Below, piece by piece: positions 1 through 9,174 of a stretch of DNA of 56,838 nucleotides. The translations under genes were made by a program, and so were the position numbers. Positions within the stretch are counted from its first letter, which is position 1, and every line of letters starts with the position of its first letter. Under the pieces are notes generated by a model that did no database searches, was not told where the DNA came from, and was given only the letters and a program-made list of their open reading frames with translations. The DNA lies in the NCBI GenBank assembly GCA_038321985.1, contig JBBQFN010000034.1, positions 1 to 56,838 on the forward strand, read 5' to 3'. The DNA is from Cyanophyceae cyanobacterium (GTDB taxonomy: Bacteria > Cyanobacteriota > Cyanobacteriia > Cyanobacteriales > Laspinemataceae).

Positions 1-1
1 A

Positions 2-139
2 GACCCCGAATTTGAAACCTTCTATACGAAGAATATTCTTCTCAATGAAGGGATCCGGGCTTGGATGGCTCCCGTTGACCAGCCTCACGAAACCTTTGAG
101 TTCCCTGAAGAAGTTCTTCCTCGCGGTAACGCTCTGTAG
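2..139 (+). CDS. psbD: Photosystem II D2 protein, 3' fragment (partial, runs off the left edge); probably the monocistronic psbD copy
   Basis: Frame 2 reads [45 protein letters not shown], the D2 C-terminus. It is followed by a terminator, not by an overlapping psbC. Confidence 0.97.
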   Translation, partial: DPEFETFYTKNILLNEGIRAWMAPVDQPHETFEFPEEVLPRGNAL

Positions 140-184
140 AACCCAATAGAGGACGGCACAACTGAGTTCTTAACTCAGTTCAGT

Positions 185-214
185 CAAAACCCCTACCGCT
201 AGGTAGGGGTTTTG
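185..214 (+). terminator. Rho-independent terminator of psbD
   Basis: CAAAACCCCTACC-GCTA-GGTAGGGGTTTTG perfect stem, preceded by a second hairpin AACTGAGTT-CTT-AACTCAGTT (160-180). Confidence 0.85.
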
Positions 215-357
215 TCCTGAAGGGCTGGTTTAACTTAGAGTGTAGGCATTTTGAATGGTTTTTCGGTGGGGTTCGGATGCCTTAGCACGGCCTAAAAAAA
301 ATTAGCCGGATAAAAAAGAGCCAGGTTAGGAAATTTTTAATTTCGTGTGTTATGCTA

Positions 358-378
358 GTTACATAAAGTTTATAAAAT
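358..378 (+). promoter_or_regulatory. HLR1-like (RpaB) direct repeat overlapping a -10 box
   Basis: GTTACATA-AA-GTTTATAA resembles (G/T)TTACA(T/A)(T/A)-N2-(G/T)TTACA(T/A)(T/A) with mismatches in the second half. TAAAAT lies at 373-378. Confidence 0.45.
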
Positions 379-384
379 AAAACC

Positions 385-650
385 CGCTTAGGGTAACAGG
401 AGGTGATGCTTATGCCAGATAGTAGTAAACGCATGGGTCATCAGATTGAAGTAAATCGGCTGTGGGCCGGGGCTGTTCTCTAACAACCCGCTTTAGTCCC
501 TTCGGGATTGAAGAAATTCCTTAAGAACTAGGCTGGTTAGGAGTTCCTCCCGGCAGTCAGGTTTCAATCTGAAGACCAACTAGACCGCTTTCACCCTCAG
601 CGTCGTAGTGAAAACTAAACGCCCCCGGTGAGAGCGGATAGTTTTTTTTT
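385..650 (+). ncRNA. Candidate structured small RNA containing a short ORF
   Basis: A -10 box lies upstream. There is a hairpin with a cUUCGg loop (491-513) and a large terminal stem CCGCTTTCACC/GGTGAGAGCGG enclosing a GAAA-capped stem, followed by a T run (642-650). Confidence 0.5.
412..483 (+). CDS. Putative 23-aa small peptide MPDSSKRMGHQIEVNRLWAGAVL
   Basis: Near-perfect SD AGGAGGTGA (398-406), ATG at 412, TAA at 481-483. It is below the ORF-track cutoff. Confidence 0.4.
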   Translation: MPDSSKRMGHQIEVNRLWAGAVL

Positions 651-770
651 AAACCTTTGTGATGTTAAAAGTCTTCGGCACGTTATAGAAAAAAGGGTGA
701 TTATCATTGAACCCTATCCAGGCAAGGAATCCAGTTAACCCTCTTATAGACACAAAATAGGTAGAATCAG

Positions 771-1052
771 ATGGCTCAGTTGTTAACAGAAACCGAGATT
801 CAGGAGCGGGCGAGTCAGCTTAAAGGCTGGAGCCGAGAAGGAAAAATTTTGCAATGTCAACGAAAATTTAAAGATTTTGTTGAGGCGATCGCCTTTGTTA
901 ACAAACTGGTTGACCCAGCAGAAACAGCCGGACACCACCCGGATATAGAAATTTCTTATAACAAAGTTACCCTCAGCTTAACGACACACGATGCTGGGGG
1001 CTTAACGGAAAAAGACTTTCAGATGGCCCAGAAAATCTCCGAGTTACAATAA
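771..1052 (+). CDS. phhB: Pterin-4-alpha-carbinolamine dehydratase (PhhB/PCD family)
   Basis: 93 aa with FKDF..AIAFVN, HHPDI and LTTHDAGGLT..D motifs. Confidence 0.92.
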   Translation: MAQLLTETEIQERASQLKGWSREGKILQCQRKFKDFVEAIAFVNKLVDPAETAGHHPDIEISYNKVTLSLTTHDAGGLTEKDFQMAQKISELQ

Positions 1053-1261
1053 ATTCACCAAAGTCACCCAGCCCGTTGAGATGGATTAAATTATCGCGGC
1101 AAAATTTTGTGATAGACTGTGGGAACAAGTAAATTACAGATGTAGTATTAACGGGGTCTGGAGTCTTTGAAAAGTAGAGAGAACAGCTAGATTGGACTCT
1201 CGAATGAGTAGGAACTTGCCTTTGGAGCTACAACCATGTACGGGAATCAATTCGCCAGAGT

Positions 1262-2989
1262 GTGGACTACAGGTCTAGCAGTCGCTTCGTGAATTCAGGT
1301 AAAGCTGTGAAGAGCGATCGGACAATAAAGCATCACCCCCTCGGGGTTCTAAATACCCCGGACTTAAACAACGAGTATGTCACGAGAGCGGAATTAGTAG
1401 AGGAGCTATTAGATATTGGCGCAGCGCTTTCGAGTACCTATGACTTGGGAGCCTTGTTAACTCTTATCTTAACCAAGAGCCGAGAACTAACCTGTAGCGA
1501 TGCAGGGAGCGTCTACCTGGTTGATCACAACGATGAAGAAATGCCAAAGTTGTTGTTTAAGGTAGCCCAGAATGCTTCTCGGCCTCAAGTTTCCTTTAAA
1601 GAATTTGCCATACCCCTAAGTCCTAAAAGTTTGGCCGGCTATGTTGCGCTGACGGGAGAATGCCTAAATCTGGCCGATGCCTACGCCTTGCCACCGACAG
1701 TCCCCTATCAGCTAGAGCGCAGCGTTGACCGAGACATTGACTACTCCACTCGATCGGTCTTGGTGTTGCCTATGCAAAACCGCCAGGGAGAAATGATCGG
1801 AGTGCTACAACTCATTAATCGTAAGACTAGGCCGGAAGTAGTCGTCACCCCAGAAAACGTGACCGAAGTTACCCAGCCTTACTCAGAATGGGAAGAGCGA
1901 ATCGTTAGAAGTTTGGCATCCCAAGCAGCTATTTCCATCGAACGGAATCATCTTCAAGAAAGTATTGAAAATCTGTTCGAGGGCTTTGTTAAGGCATCGG
2001 TGCAAGTCATTGAAGCCCGAGATCCCTGTACCTTTGGACATTCCGAGCGGGTGGCAGAACTCACCGTTCGCCTGAGTCAAGAGGCCAATACGGTCACAAC
2101 TGGACCTTTGGGAGAGCTATCCTTCAGCGGTCGTCAAATCCAAGAAGTGCGCTACGCAGCTTTACTGCACGATTTTGGCAAGGTTGGGGTCCCGGAAGCG
2201 ATTTTAATTAAGCAAAAAAAGCTCTATCCATCACAACTTGAGGTGATCCGACATCGCTTTGCCTTAGCGGAGCGAACGATGGAAATGGAATGTGCCCAAA
2301 ACAAGTTTAGATATTTGGTGGAGCATCCCTCTCACCACCATCGCGAAGCGGAAAATGCTTGTTCTCATTGTCACGAGTTACAGGAACTTGACAATCAACT
2401 GCAAGAGAAGATAGAGCAACTGAATAGTTACTGGAAGCTCTTGTTAGAGGCTAACGAACCGCGGATCCTCGCCGAAGAACCGCTGGCTCGCCTCCGAGAA
2501 CTTTCTCAACAAATCTATAGAGATGTGGATGGTCAATTAAAGCCCTTGATTGATCCCGAGGAAATAACTCAACTGCTCATCCCCAAGGGGAATCTGACCC
2601 CAGAAGAACGGTTGTCAATTGAATATCATGTGACCCATACCTATGAGTTTTTGAAGCGAATTCCCTGGACCCGGGAGTTGAAAGATGTCCCGAAGATCGC
2701 TTTCGGTCATCATGAAAAAATAGATGGGTCCGGGTATCCAAGGGGATTGAAAGGAAACGAAATTCCGATCCAGGCACAGATTATGACCATTGCCGATATT
2801 TATGATGCGCTCACCGCAGGCGATCGCCCTTACAAACGAGGATTACCTGTAGAAGCTGCCCTCAGAATTCTGCGAGAAGAAGCCATTCATAACAAAATAA
2901 ACGCCGATCTGTTGCAGTTATTTGAGCATCGTCAAGTTTTTTCAGTCCTCGGTCACTCTCCAGAAGTTGTCACTCTTGAAAGCGCCTAG
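1262..2989 (+). CDS. GAF + HD-GYP cyclic-dinucleotide phosphodiesterase (start codon uncertain)
   Basis: GAF motifs (SLAGYVALTG, PMQNRQGEMIGVLQLIN) plus HSERVA, LLHDFGKVG, HHEKIDGSGYP and ADIYDALT..RPYK. Confidence 0.9.
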   Translation: MDYRSSSRFVNSGKAVKSDRTIKHHPLGVLNTPDLNNEYVTRAELVEELLDIGAALSSTYDLGALLTLILTKSRELTCSDAGSVYLVDHNDEEMPKLLFKVAQNASRPQVSFKEFAIPLSPKSLAGYVALTGECLNLADAYALPPTVPYQLERSVDRDIDYSTRSVLVLPMQNRQGEMIGVLQLINRKTRPEVVVTPENVTEVTQPYSEWEERIVRSLASQAAISIERNHLQESIENLFEGFVKASVQVIEARDPCTFGHSERVAELTVRLSQEANTVTTGPLGELSFSGRQIQEVRYAALLHDFGKVGVPEAILIKQKKLYPSQLEVIRHRFALAERTMEMECAQNKFRYLVEHPSHHHREAENACSHCHELQELDNQLQEKIEQLNSYWKLLLEANEPRILAEEPLARLRELSQQIYRDVDGQLKPLIDPEEITQLLIPKGNLTPEERLSIEYHVTHTYEFLKRIPWTRELKDVPKIAFGHHEKIDGSGYPRGLKGNEIPIQAQIMTIADIYDALTAGDRPYKRGLPVEAALRILREEAIHNKINADLLQLFEHRQVFSVLGHSPEVVTLESA

Positions 2990-3705
2990 TCGCGACTACA
3001 GCCTCACGCCCAAGGGCGATCGCCTCGATTAAAACCTTGTGATTAAGGCGCTCAGGGAACTCGAAAACCCGAAGTACAGTCATCCCTGTGAGCCTATCGC
3101 GTCCAATCCAGCCTAAGCTGGCCCTGAGCCGAAAATTTCAGTAAAAATAGGGTTAATTTGCCCTTGAAGTAAAAAAAAGGCAGCATAGAACTGGAGCGTT
3201 CAAGGGTTACCATAGTTTGCCAGAAACAACAAAGACTTGCAAATCTCCGGTTCCAAGGGAAGTAAATCTGTTAATCTATAACAGAAGCGAACAGCCACTA
3301 TCTCGCTGACTATATAATGAGTCAAGAGCTTATCAGAAGCAACAGTCCCTCCAGCCAACTCCGAAGCCCACTTGATCGGGTCAAGAAAAAGCTGGACACA
3401 AAACCCAACACTTGCGGTGAGGATTCTACATTCTTATCCTTCGATGGAGCTAGTTTTTCCATCGTTGACATCAATGCTGGGAAGGGATGCCTCTGTTTCT
3501 AGGCTCTGTCGTAGCGCTGAGCCCTTTTTAGGGGGGACCTATAAGTGCTACGACTAAAAATCTATATCGGTGCAGTGGAGAAGTGGATATAACCTGTTAA
3601 GGGGTTAGGAGCTATTTAATAGCTCTGCTATTTCCTTCTTTTGGCTCTCATCTCCTGTCTGAAAGATTGGGGGGAGACGTGAGTCAAATCGTTTAGATAA
3701 TTAAG

Positions 3706-3715
3706 GTGTGAGGAG
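3706..3715 (+). promoter_or_regulatory. Yfr1-type sRNA target site in the 5' UTR of porin 1
   Basis: GTGTGAGGAG, complementary to the Yfr1 motif ACUCCUCACAC, overlaps the RBS region 10 nt before the ATG at 3726. Confidence 0.7.
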
Positions 3716-3725
3716 AAGAGGGAAA

Positions 3726-5477
3726 ATGTCTAAAGTATTGTGGAATTCTCTGTTGGTCAGTCCAGCAGTCTTAACATCGGCGTTAGTGGGAGCAGCTTTA
3801 GCGTCCGTAATGGGCGCAACCGAAGCGATCGCCACCGAAACCCAAGCCGAAACCATGCCAACGGCTCAGGCGAATGAATTCGCCGCACCCAGTGCATTTT
3901 CGGTATCTGGAGTTGACTTCAGCGATGCGATCGCCCAAGTCCAACAAGATGCACCGTCGGCGACAGAAACCGCCAACGTTTTACAACAACTCAATCAGTA
4001 CAGCCGTGAAGGAGTTGGCAGCAACATCATCGCCCAACCCGTCACCTCCGTCTCTCAGCTACGGGACGTGCAACCTACCGACTGGGCTTTCCAAGCACTA
4101 CAGTCCTTAGTTGAACGCTACCGTTGTATCGCCGGATATCCCGATGGGACCTTCCGTGGGAACCGGGCTCTAACTCGGTATGAATTTGCCGCCGGTTTAA
4201 ATGCCTGTTTAGAGCGCATCAACGAAATTATTGCAGCCCAGCTTGAAGGGATCCTAAACAGAGACGATCTGTTAACCTTACAACGGTTAACTGAAGAGTT
4301 TGCTGCGGAACTGGCAACCTTGCGGGGTCGGGTAGACGCTCTCGAAGTACGCGTCGCTGAAATCGAAGCCAATCAGTTCTCCACAACCACCAAACTCTTT
4401 GGTGAATCTATCTTCGCCTTATCTGTGGCTGAAGGTGGAAACAGCGTAGGTGGCGAGACCGATAGCGGGGTTCAATTTGGAACCCGCACTCGCTTGAACT
4501 TCGATACCAGCTTCACAGGCCGAGATCTACTCAGAACTCGACTCGAAATCAATAATCTCGATGCCTTCTCCGGCACCAACACCTTCACTCCAGAAGGGGA
4601 CCTGAAATTTGCCGTTGACAACCCTTACCAAGCTGGAGATACCACCGTCCGCTTAGACACCTTGCTATATAGCACGACCATTGGCCCTGCCAATGTCGTC
4701 TTTATTGCCAATGGTGGAGAATCCGATGATTTCGCCAGCACCATCAACCCCCTCGACGGCGATGGTGGCAGCGGTGCCTTGTCTCGTTTTGGGACCCGCG
4801 CTCCGATTTACAACATGGTTCGGGGTGCCGGGATTGGGATGACCTTTGATGCAGGCCCTGCTGAAGTTAGCCTTGGCTACTTAGCAGAAAATGCTTCGAC
4901 TCCCACCCGTCGTAACGGTCTGGCAGATGGCCCTTACGGAGCCTTAGCCCAACTGGTGTTTAAACCCGTAACGGGTCTGCAACTGGGTCTGACTTATGTC
5001 AATGCCTACCGCACCGATATGCGCACAGGTAGCCAGTTGGCTACTCCTGTATCTTCTCTAGCCCCACCGGACGGCTTAACTACCATCAGCAACGCCTATG
5101 GTGTTCAATTGGGCTATGATACCGGAGCGTTTGCTTTCGGAGGTTGGGCCGGTTACACCAATGCTCGCATCCTTGACCAAGGACTCAAAGGCGACTTGGG
5201 GATCTGGAACTGGGCAGTTAACTTAGCCGTTAATGCTGGACCTCCAGGCAGCCAATTTGGTCTGATCGTAGGTATGGAACCCCAAGTGAACTCGGACGAT
5301 TTTAATGGGGCGCTAGAAGATCCTGATCGCTCTCTTCATGTTGAAGGTTTCTATCAATATCAGCTGACGGAGAATATTGCTATTACTCCGGGCTTTGTCT
5401 GGTTAACTGCTCCTGATCATAATGATCTCAACGATGATGTCGTGATTGGAACCATCCGCACGACTTTCCGATTCTAA
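3726..5477 (+). CDS. Cyanobacterial outer-membrane porin (SLH domain + OprB-like barrel, SomA/iron-uptake porin family), copy 1
   Basis: Signal peptide, VTSVSQLRDVQPTDWAFQALQSLVERY SLH motif, QFSTTTKL and C-terminal RTTFRF. The likely start is ATG 3726 (MSKVLW) rather than GTG 3708. Confidence 0.95.
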   Translation: MSKVLWNSLLVSPAVLTSALVGAALASVMGATEAIATETQAETMPTAQANEFAAPSAFSVSGVDFSDAIAQVQQDAPSATETANVLQQLNQYSREGVGSNIIAQPVTSVSQLRDVQPTDWAFQALQSLVERYRCIAGYPDGTFRGNRALTRYEFAAGLNACLERINEIIAAQLEGILNRDDLLTLQRLTEEFAAELATLRGRVDALEVRVAEIEANQFSTTTKLFGESIFALSVAEGGNSVGGETDSGVQFGTRTRLNFDTSFTGRDLLRTRLEINNLDAFSGTNTFTPEGDLKFAVDNPYQAGDTTVRLDTLLYSTTIGPANVVFIANGGESDDFASTINPLDGDGGSGALSRFGTRAPIYNMVRGAGIGMTFDAGPAEVSLGYLAENASTPTRRNGLADGPYGALAQLVFKPVTGLQLGLTYVNAYRTDMRTGSQLATPVSSLAPPDGLTTISNAYGVQLGYDTGAFAFGGWAGYTNARILDQGLKGDLGIWNWAVNLAVNAGPPGSQFGLIVGMEPQVNSDDFNGALEDPDRSLHVEGFYQYQLTENIAITPGFVWLTAPDHNDLNDDVVIGTIRTTFRF

Positions 5478-5574
5478 AACCAACAATTTGGATTCACCCT
5501 GCGCTAAACTCAGGAAATTCAATTTTGGTCCTACCTGGGTTCTCAGGTTTTGATTCCTAAGTAGCAAAAATATT

Positions 5575-5599
5575 AAAACCCCCTGATTAGGGGGTTTTT
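5575..5599 (+). terminator. Terminator after porin 1
   Basis: AAAACCCCCT-GATT-AGGGGGTTTTT followed by more T residues. Confidence 0.85.
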
Positions 5600-6014
5600 C
5601 TTTTTAAGGGATTCGACTGGTGAAAATCTAATGGCCTCCTAATTTTTTTATAAAGTCAGTGCAGGAAGGAAAGGGTGAAATCTTTGTAGTCAATCGATTG
5701 TAGAGTTCAAACTGCTTTAAAAGATAGAGCTTTTTCAATAGCCCCATTTATATTAAAAGGGGTGACCGGCTAATTTGAAAAAGAGGGAGTTCGGTTTTTC
5801 TACGGGCGATCGCCATCACGCTTTCGGCCTTAGAAAGGTCGGTAAAAAACTAACCGTATCAAAAATCTATCAATCTTTTCTATAATTTATTTTTTAATAA
5901 TATTTAAATTACACTTTGTTTAAACACTTCAAAAAAAATAACATAGGGAAAACTTTACCCACCGATATATCCCCTAACTCTCTGGGTAGGAAGGGAAAGC
6001 TCACGGAGGAATTG

Positions 6015-6028
6015 GTAACAAATGTTAC
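6015..6028 (+). promoter_or_regulatory. NtcA-binding site upstream of porin 2
   Basis: GTA-ACAAATGT-TAC, a perfect GTA-N8-TAC inside the longer palindrome TGGTAACA-AA-TGTTACCA. Confidence 0.6.
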
Positions 6029-6298
6029 CAGGGAAAATTAATAAATAAAAGTTCTTGACCGCACTCCACTTTTAGGCCATGATAAAGGCACTCACAGAGG
6101 GGTACACTAATCTCCTGAATTTGTGGGCTGAAAGCTCCTTTGAAGATTTATCGGGGTGAGGGAGAAAATCCCAGAGCCGTCCCCTGGTAAAGCAAAGACA
6201 GCAAATTGGGGAAAGCCTGTGTACTGACTGTGCGGTTGCTCTGAGTTTTGATTTCCCCAAAATAGTGAAGGGGAAAGTATTCCATCGAACTCTAATTG

Positions 6299-6308
6299 GT
6301 GTGAGGAG
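6299..6308 (+). promoter_or_regulatory. Yfr1-type sRNA target site in the 5' UTR of porin 2
   Basis: GTGTGAGGAG 10 nt before the ATG at 6319, in the same context as porin 1. Confidence 0.7.
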
Positions 6309-6318
6309 AAGAGGGAAA

Positions 6319-8064
6319 ATGTCTAAAGTATTATGGAATTCGCTGCTGGTCAGTCCAGCAGTATTAGCGTCGGCGTTAGTGGGAGCAGCCTTCGCATCTG
6401 GGGTGAACGCACAGGAGGCGATCGCCACCGCAACCCAATCTGACTCCATGCCAACGGCTCAAGGGAATGAGTTTGCTACGCCCAGTGCATTTACAGCCGC
6501 AAAAGTTGACTTAACAGGGGCGATCGCCCAAGTCCAAGAAGCCCCGTCGGCGACAGAAACCGCCAACATTTTACAACAACTCAATCAATACACCGGCGTA
6601 GAAGCCGAGAGTAACTTCATTGCTCAACCCGTCACCTCCGTATCTCAGTTACGGGACGTGCAACCCACGGATTGGGCCTTCCAAGCCTTGCAATCCTTAG
6701 TTGAGCGCTATCGTTGTATTGCGGGTTATCCGGATGGCACTTTTCGCGGCAACCGCGCACTGACCCGTTATGAATTTGCCGCCGGTTTAAATGCCTGTTT
6801 AGAGCGCATCAACGAAATCATTGCCGCTCAAATTGAAGGGGTTCTCGGCAGCGACGATCTAATCACCCTGCAACGGTTAGTTGAGGAGTTTGGCGCTGAA
6901 CTGGCGACCTTAAGAGGTCGGGTGGACGCTCTCGAAGTGCGCGTCGCTGAAATCGAAGCCAATCAGTTCTCCACAACCACCAAACTCTTTGGTGAATCTA
7001 TCTTCGCCTTATCCATGGCTGAAGGGGGAAACAGCGTCGGTGGCGAGACCGATAGTGGCGTTCAATTTGGGACCCGCACTCGTCTGGAATTTCTAACCAG
7101 CTTTACCGGAAATGACTTCCTTCATACCAGGCTCCAAATCAATACTCTCGACGCCTTTTCGGGTACCAACACCTTCACCCCCGAAGGGGACCTCAAATTT
7201 GCGGTTGGACCTTACGCTGACGGCAGCACCAACGTTGAATTAGATTGGTTGGCTTATGAAACCAATGTTGGCAACGCCCGCGTCGTCTTTATTCCCGTAG
7301 GGGGAATCGTGGCCGACTTCGCCAGCACCATCACTCCCCTTGATGGAGATGGTGGCAGCGGTGCTCTCTCTCGTTTCGGGACCCGCGCCCCCATTTACAA
7401 CATGGTAGAAGGTTCTGGGATTGGCTTGAATTTTGATGCAGGCCCCGCAGAAGTCAGCCTCGGGTATTTAGCTCAAAATGCGGGTACTCCAACCCGGCGC
7501 AACGGTTTATTTGATGGCGCTTATGGAGCTTTAGCCCAACTGGTGTTTAAGCCCGTTACGGGTCTGGAACTGGGGCTAACTTATGTCAATGCCTATCGCA
7601 CGGATATGCTCACGGGTAGCCAGTTAGCCACCCCCGTTACCTCCTTAGCACCACCGGATGGGTTAACCACCATCAGCAACGCCTATGGTGTTCAATTGGG
7701 TTATGAGGCCGGGGCGTTTGCTTTCGGGGGATGGGCTGGTTATACTAACGCTCGCATCCTTGACCAAGGACTCAAAGGTGACCTGGGCATTTGGAACTGG
7801 GCTGTTAACCTGGCTGTTAACGCCGGACCTCCAGGTAGCCAATTTGGCCTAGTCGTGGGGATGGAACCCCAGGTTACGAAAGACGATTTTAACGGGGCGC
7901 TAGAAGATCCAGACCGCTCTTTGCACGTTGAAGGGTTTTACCAGTATCAGCTCACGGAGAATATTGCCATTACTCCGGGCTTTATCTGGTTAACAGCTCC
8001 GGATCATAACGACCTCAACGATGACGTTGTGATTGGAACCATTCGGACAACGTTCCGGTTCTAA
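6319..8064 (+). CDS. Cyanobacterial SLH/OprB-like porin, copy 2 (close paralogue of copy 1)
   Basis: Same architecture as copy 1 and near-identical N- and C-terminal sequence. The likely start is ATG 6319. Confidence 0.95.
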   Translation: MSKVLWNSLLVSPAVLASALVGAAFASGVNAQEAIATATQSDSMPTAQGNEFATPSAFTAAKVDLTGAIAQVQEAPSATETANILQQLNQYTGVEAESNFIAQPVTSVSQLRDVQPTDWAFQALQSLVERYRCIAGYPDGTFRGNRALTRYEFAAGLNACLERINEIIAAQIEGVLGSDDLITLQRLVEEFGAELATLRGRVDALEVRVAEIEANQFSTTTKLFGESIFALSMAEGGNSVGGETDSGVQFGTRTRLEFLTSFTGNDFLHTRLQINTLDAFSGTNTFTPEGDLKFAVGPYADGSTNVELDWLAYETNVGNARVVFIPVGGIVADFASTITPLDGDGGSGALSRFGTRAPIYNMVEGSGIGLNFDAGPAEVSLGYLAQNAGTPTRRNGLFDGAYGALAQLVFKPVTGLELGLTYVNAYRTDMLTGSQLATPVTSLAPPDGLTTISNAYGVQLGYEAGAFAFGGWAGYTNARILDQGLKGDLGIWNWAVNLAVNAGPPGSQFGLVVGMEPQVTKDDFNGALEDPDRSLHVEGFYQYQLTENIAITPGFIWLTAPDHNDLNDDVVIGTIRTTFRF

Positions 8065-8084
8065 AACCTCGGAAATTTTGGAAT

Positions 8085-8107
8085 TAAGGGGAGTACAACT
8101 CCCCTTA
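8085..8107 (+). terminator. Hairpin/terminator after porin 2
   Basis: TAAGGGGAGT-ACA-ACTCCCCTTA. A second hairpin with a T run lies at about 8186-8210. Confidence 0.65.
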
Positions 8108-8314
8108 GTTTCAATTATTCATCACGGATAATTAAGCCGTCTTAAAAATTAAAAGTATAGATTTAGCGGTTTTATAGGAGAGTTGGCCCTGAACAGCTCG
8201 GGGCTTTTTTGGTTTTTATAGTCACTCTTAAGAGCGAAATTTAATATTAAATAAAAGCAGTTTATTTAGTTGGGAAGAGAGCAGATTACGTCCAAACAGG
8301 GGGGTGAGTCGGCT

Positions 8315-8752
8315 TTAAATATAGTACATAATATCACCTTGCTGCTTGGCATTCCGAAGTTCGCAGACATCTTTAAGGGTATATTTTTGCAGGACAGATT
8401 GAGAGGCTTCCTGGGCTTCTTTCCAAACATCTCGAACGACTTCATTTTCTAGGGTTTTGGGTGTTGAATCGTTTTCTGGCAGTCCTGCATCCAAGCCCTC
8501 TATGCAGGTAACCACTTCTAAAAGGTTAATTTTCCAAGGTTCGCGAGCCAAAAGATAACCGCCTTTTGCGCCACGTTGACTACGAACGAGACCACAGCGC
8601 CTTAGAGAGGCTAAGAGTTGTTCTAAGTAACGGTCCGGAATATTTTGTTGAGCAGCTATCTGTCGAATTTGTAGCGGCTCTCCTTTATCATATTGGCTTG
8701 CGAGCTCTAAGAGGGCTAACAGAGCGTATTCACTTTTACAGGAAAGTTCCAC
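8315..8752 (-). CDS. Rrf2 family transcriptional regulator (CymR-like, lacking the Fe-S Cys triad)
   Basis: YALLALLELA, IAAQQNIPDRYLEQLLASLRRCGLVRSQRGAKGGY and C-terminal MYYI. Confidence 0.92.
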   Translation of the reverse strand: MELSCKSEYALLALLELASQYDKGEPLQIRQIAAQQNIPDRYLEQLLASLRRCGLVRSQRGAKGGYLLAREPWKINLLEVVTCIEGLDAGLPENDSTPKTLENEVVRDVWKEAQEASQSVLQKYTLKDVCELRNAKQQGDIMYYI

Positions 8753-8959
8753 TGTTTAAAATACAAGATACGTTTAAGGGCGAAATTTTTAAAATTAACC
8801 GCTCTAGTCTATTATACTGCGGTTTTACAGATATTCTTTGGCCGGGATCTTCACGGTTTGATAAAAATTGTCATTCTTAAGGTGACTCTATTGGAGGTTA
8901 GCTCGGTGAGGGTCCAGACGGTGTTAAAAATTTTTAAACTTCAAGGAACGGTCATAGAG

Positions 8960-8991
8960 AAAGCCTACACCCCTTGGAGGGTATAGGCTTT
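8960..8991 (-). terminator. Stem-loop downstream of the Pro-rich protein gene
   Basis: AAAGCCTACACCC...GGGTATAGGCTTT. Its single mismatch is a G-U pair only on the minus strand. Confidence 0.55.
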
Positions 8992-9174
8992 GCTATGGGT
9001 CAAAGGTTGGGCAGCTTCAAGTTGATGAGGGCGGCGATCGCCCACAAGCGCGACCCAAACCCTCTTAAAAAACTCTGATGAGTTCTTTCGACTTCGGTGC
9101 AGAAGGGAAAGGAGCAAAGCCAATCCCTGCTGAGGTTCACCGAGGATTACCCACTCCGGTTAAAGGGAGGGATT

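Noticed and set aside
3317..3557. Two overlapping 61-aa ORFs upstream of porin 1
   Set aside because: They have no RBS or recognisable motifs and are more likely promoter or leader DNA.
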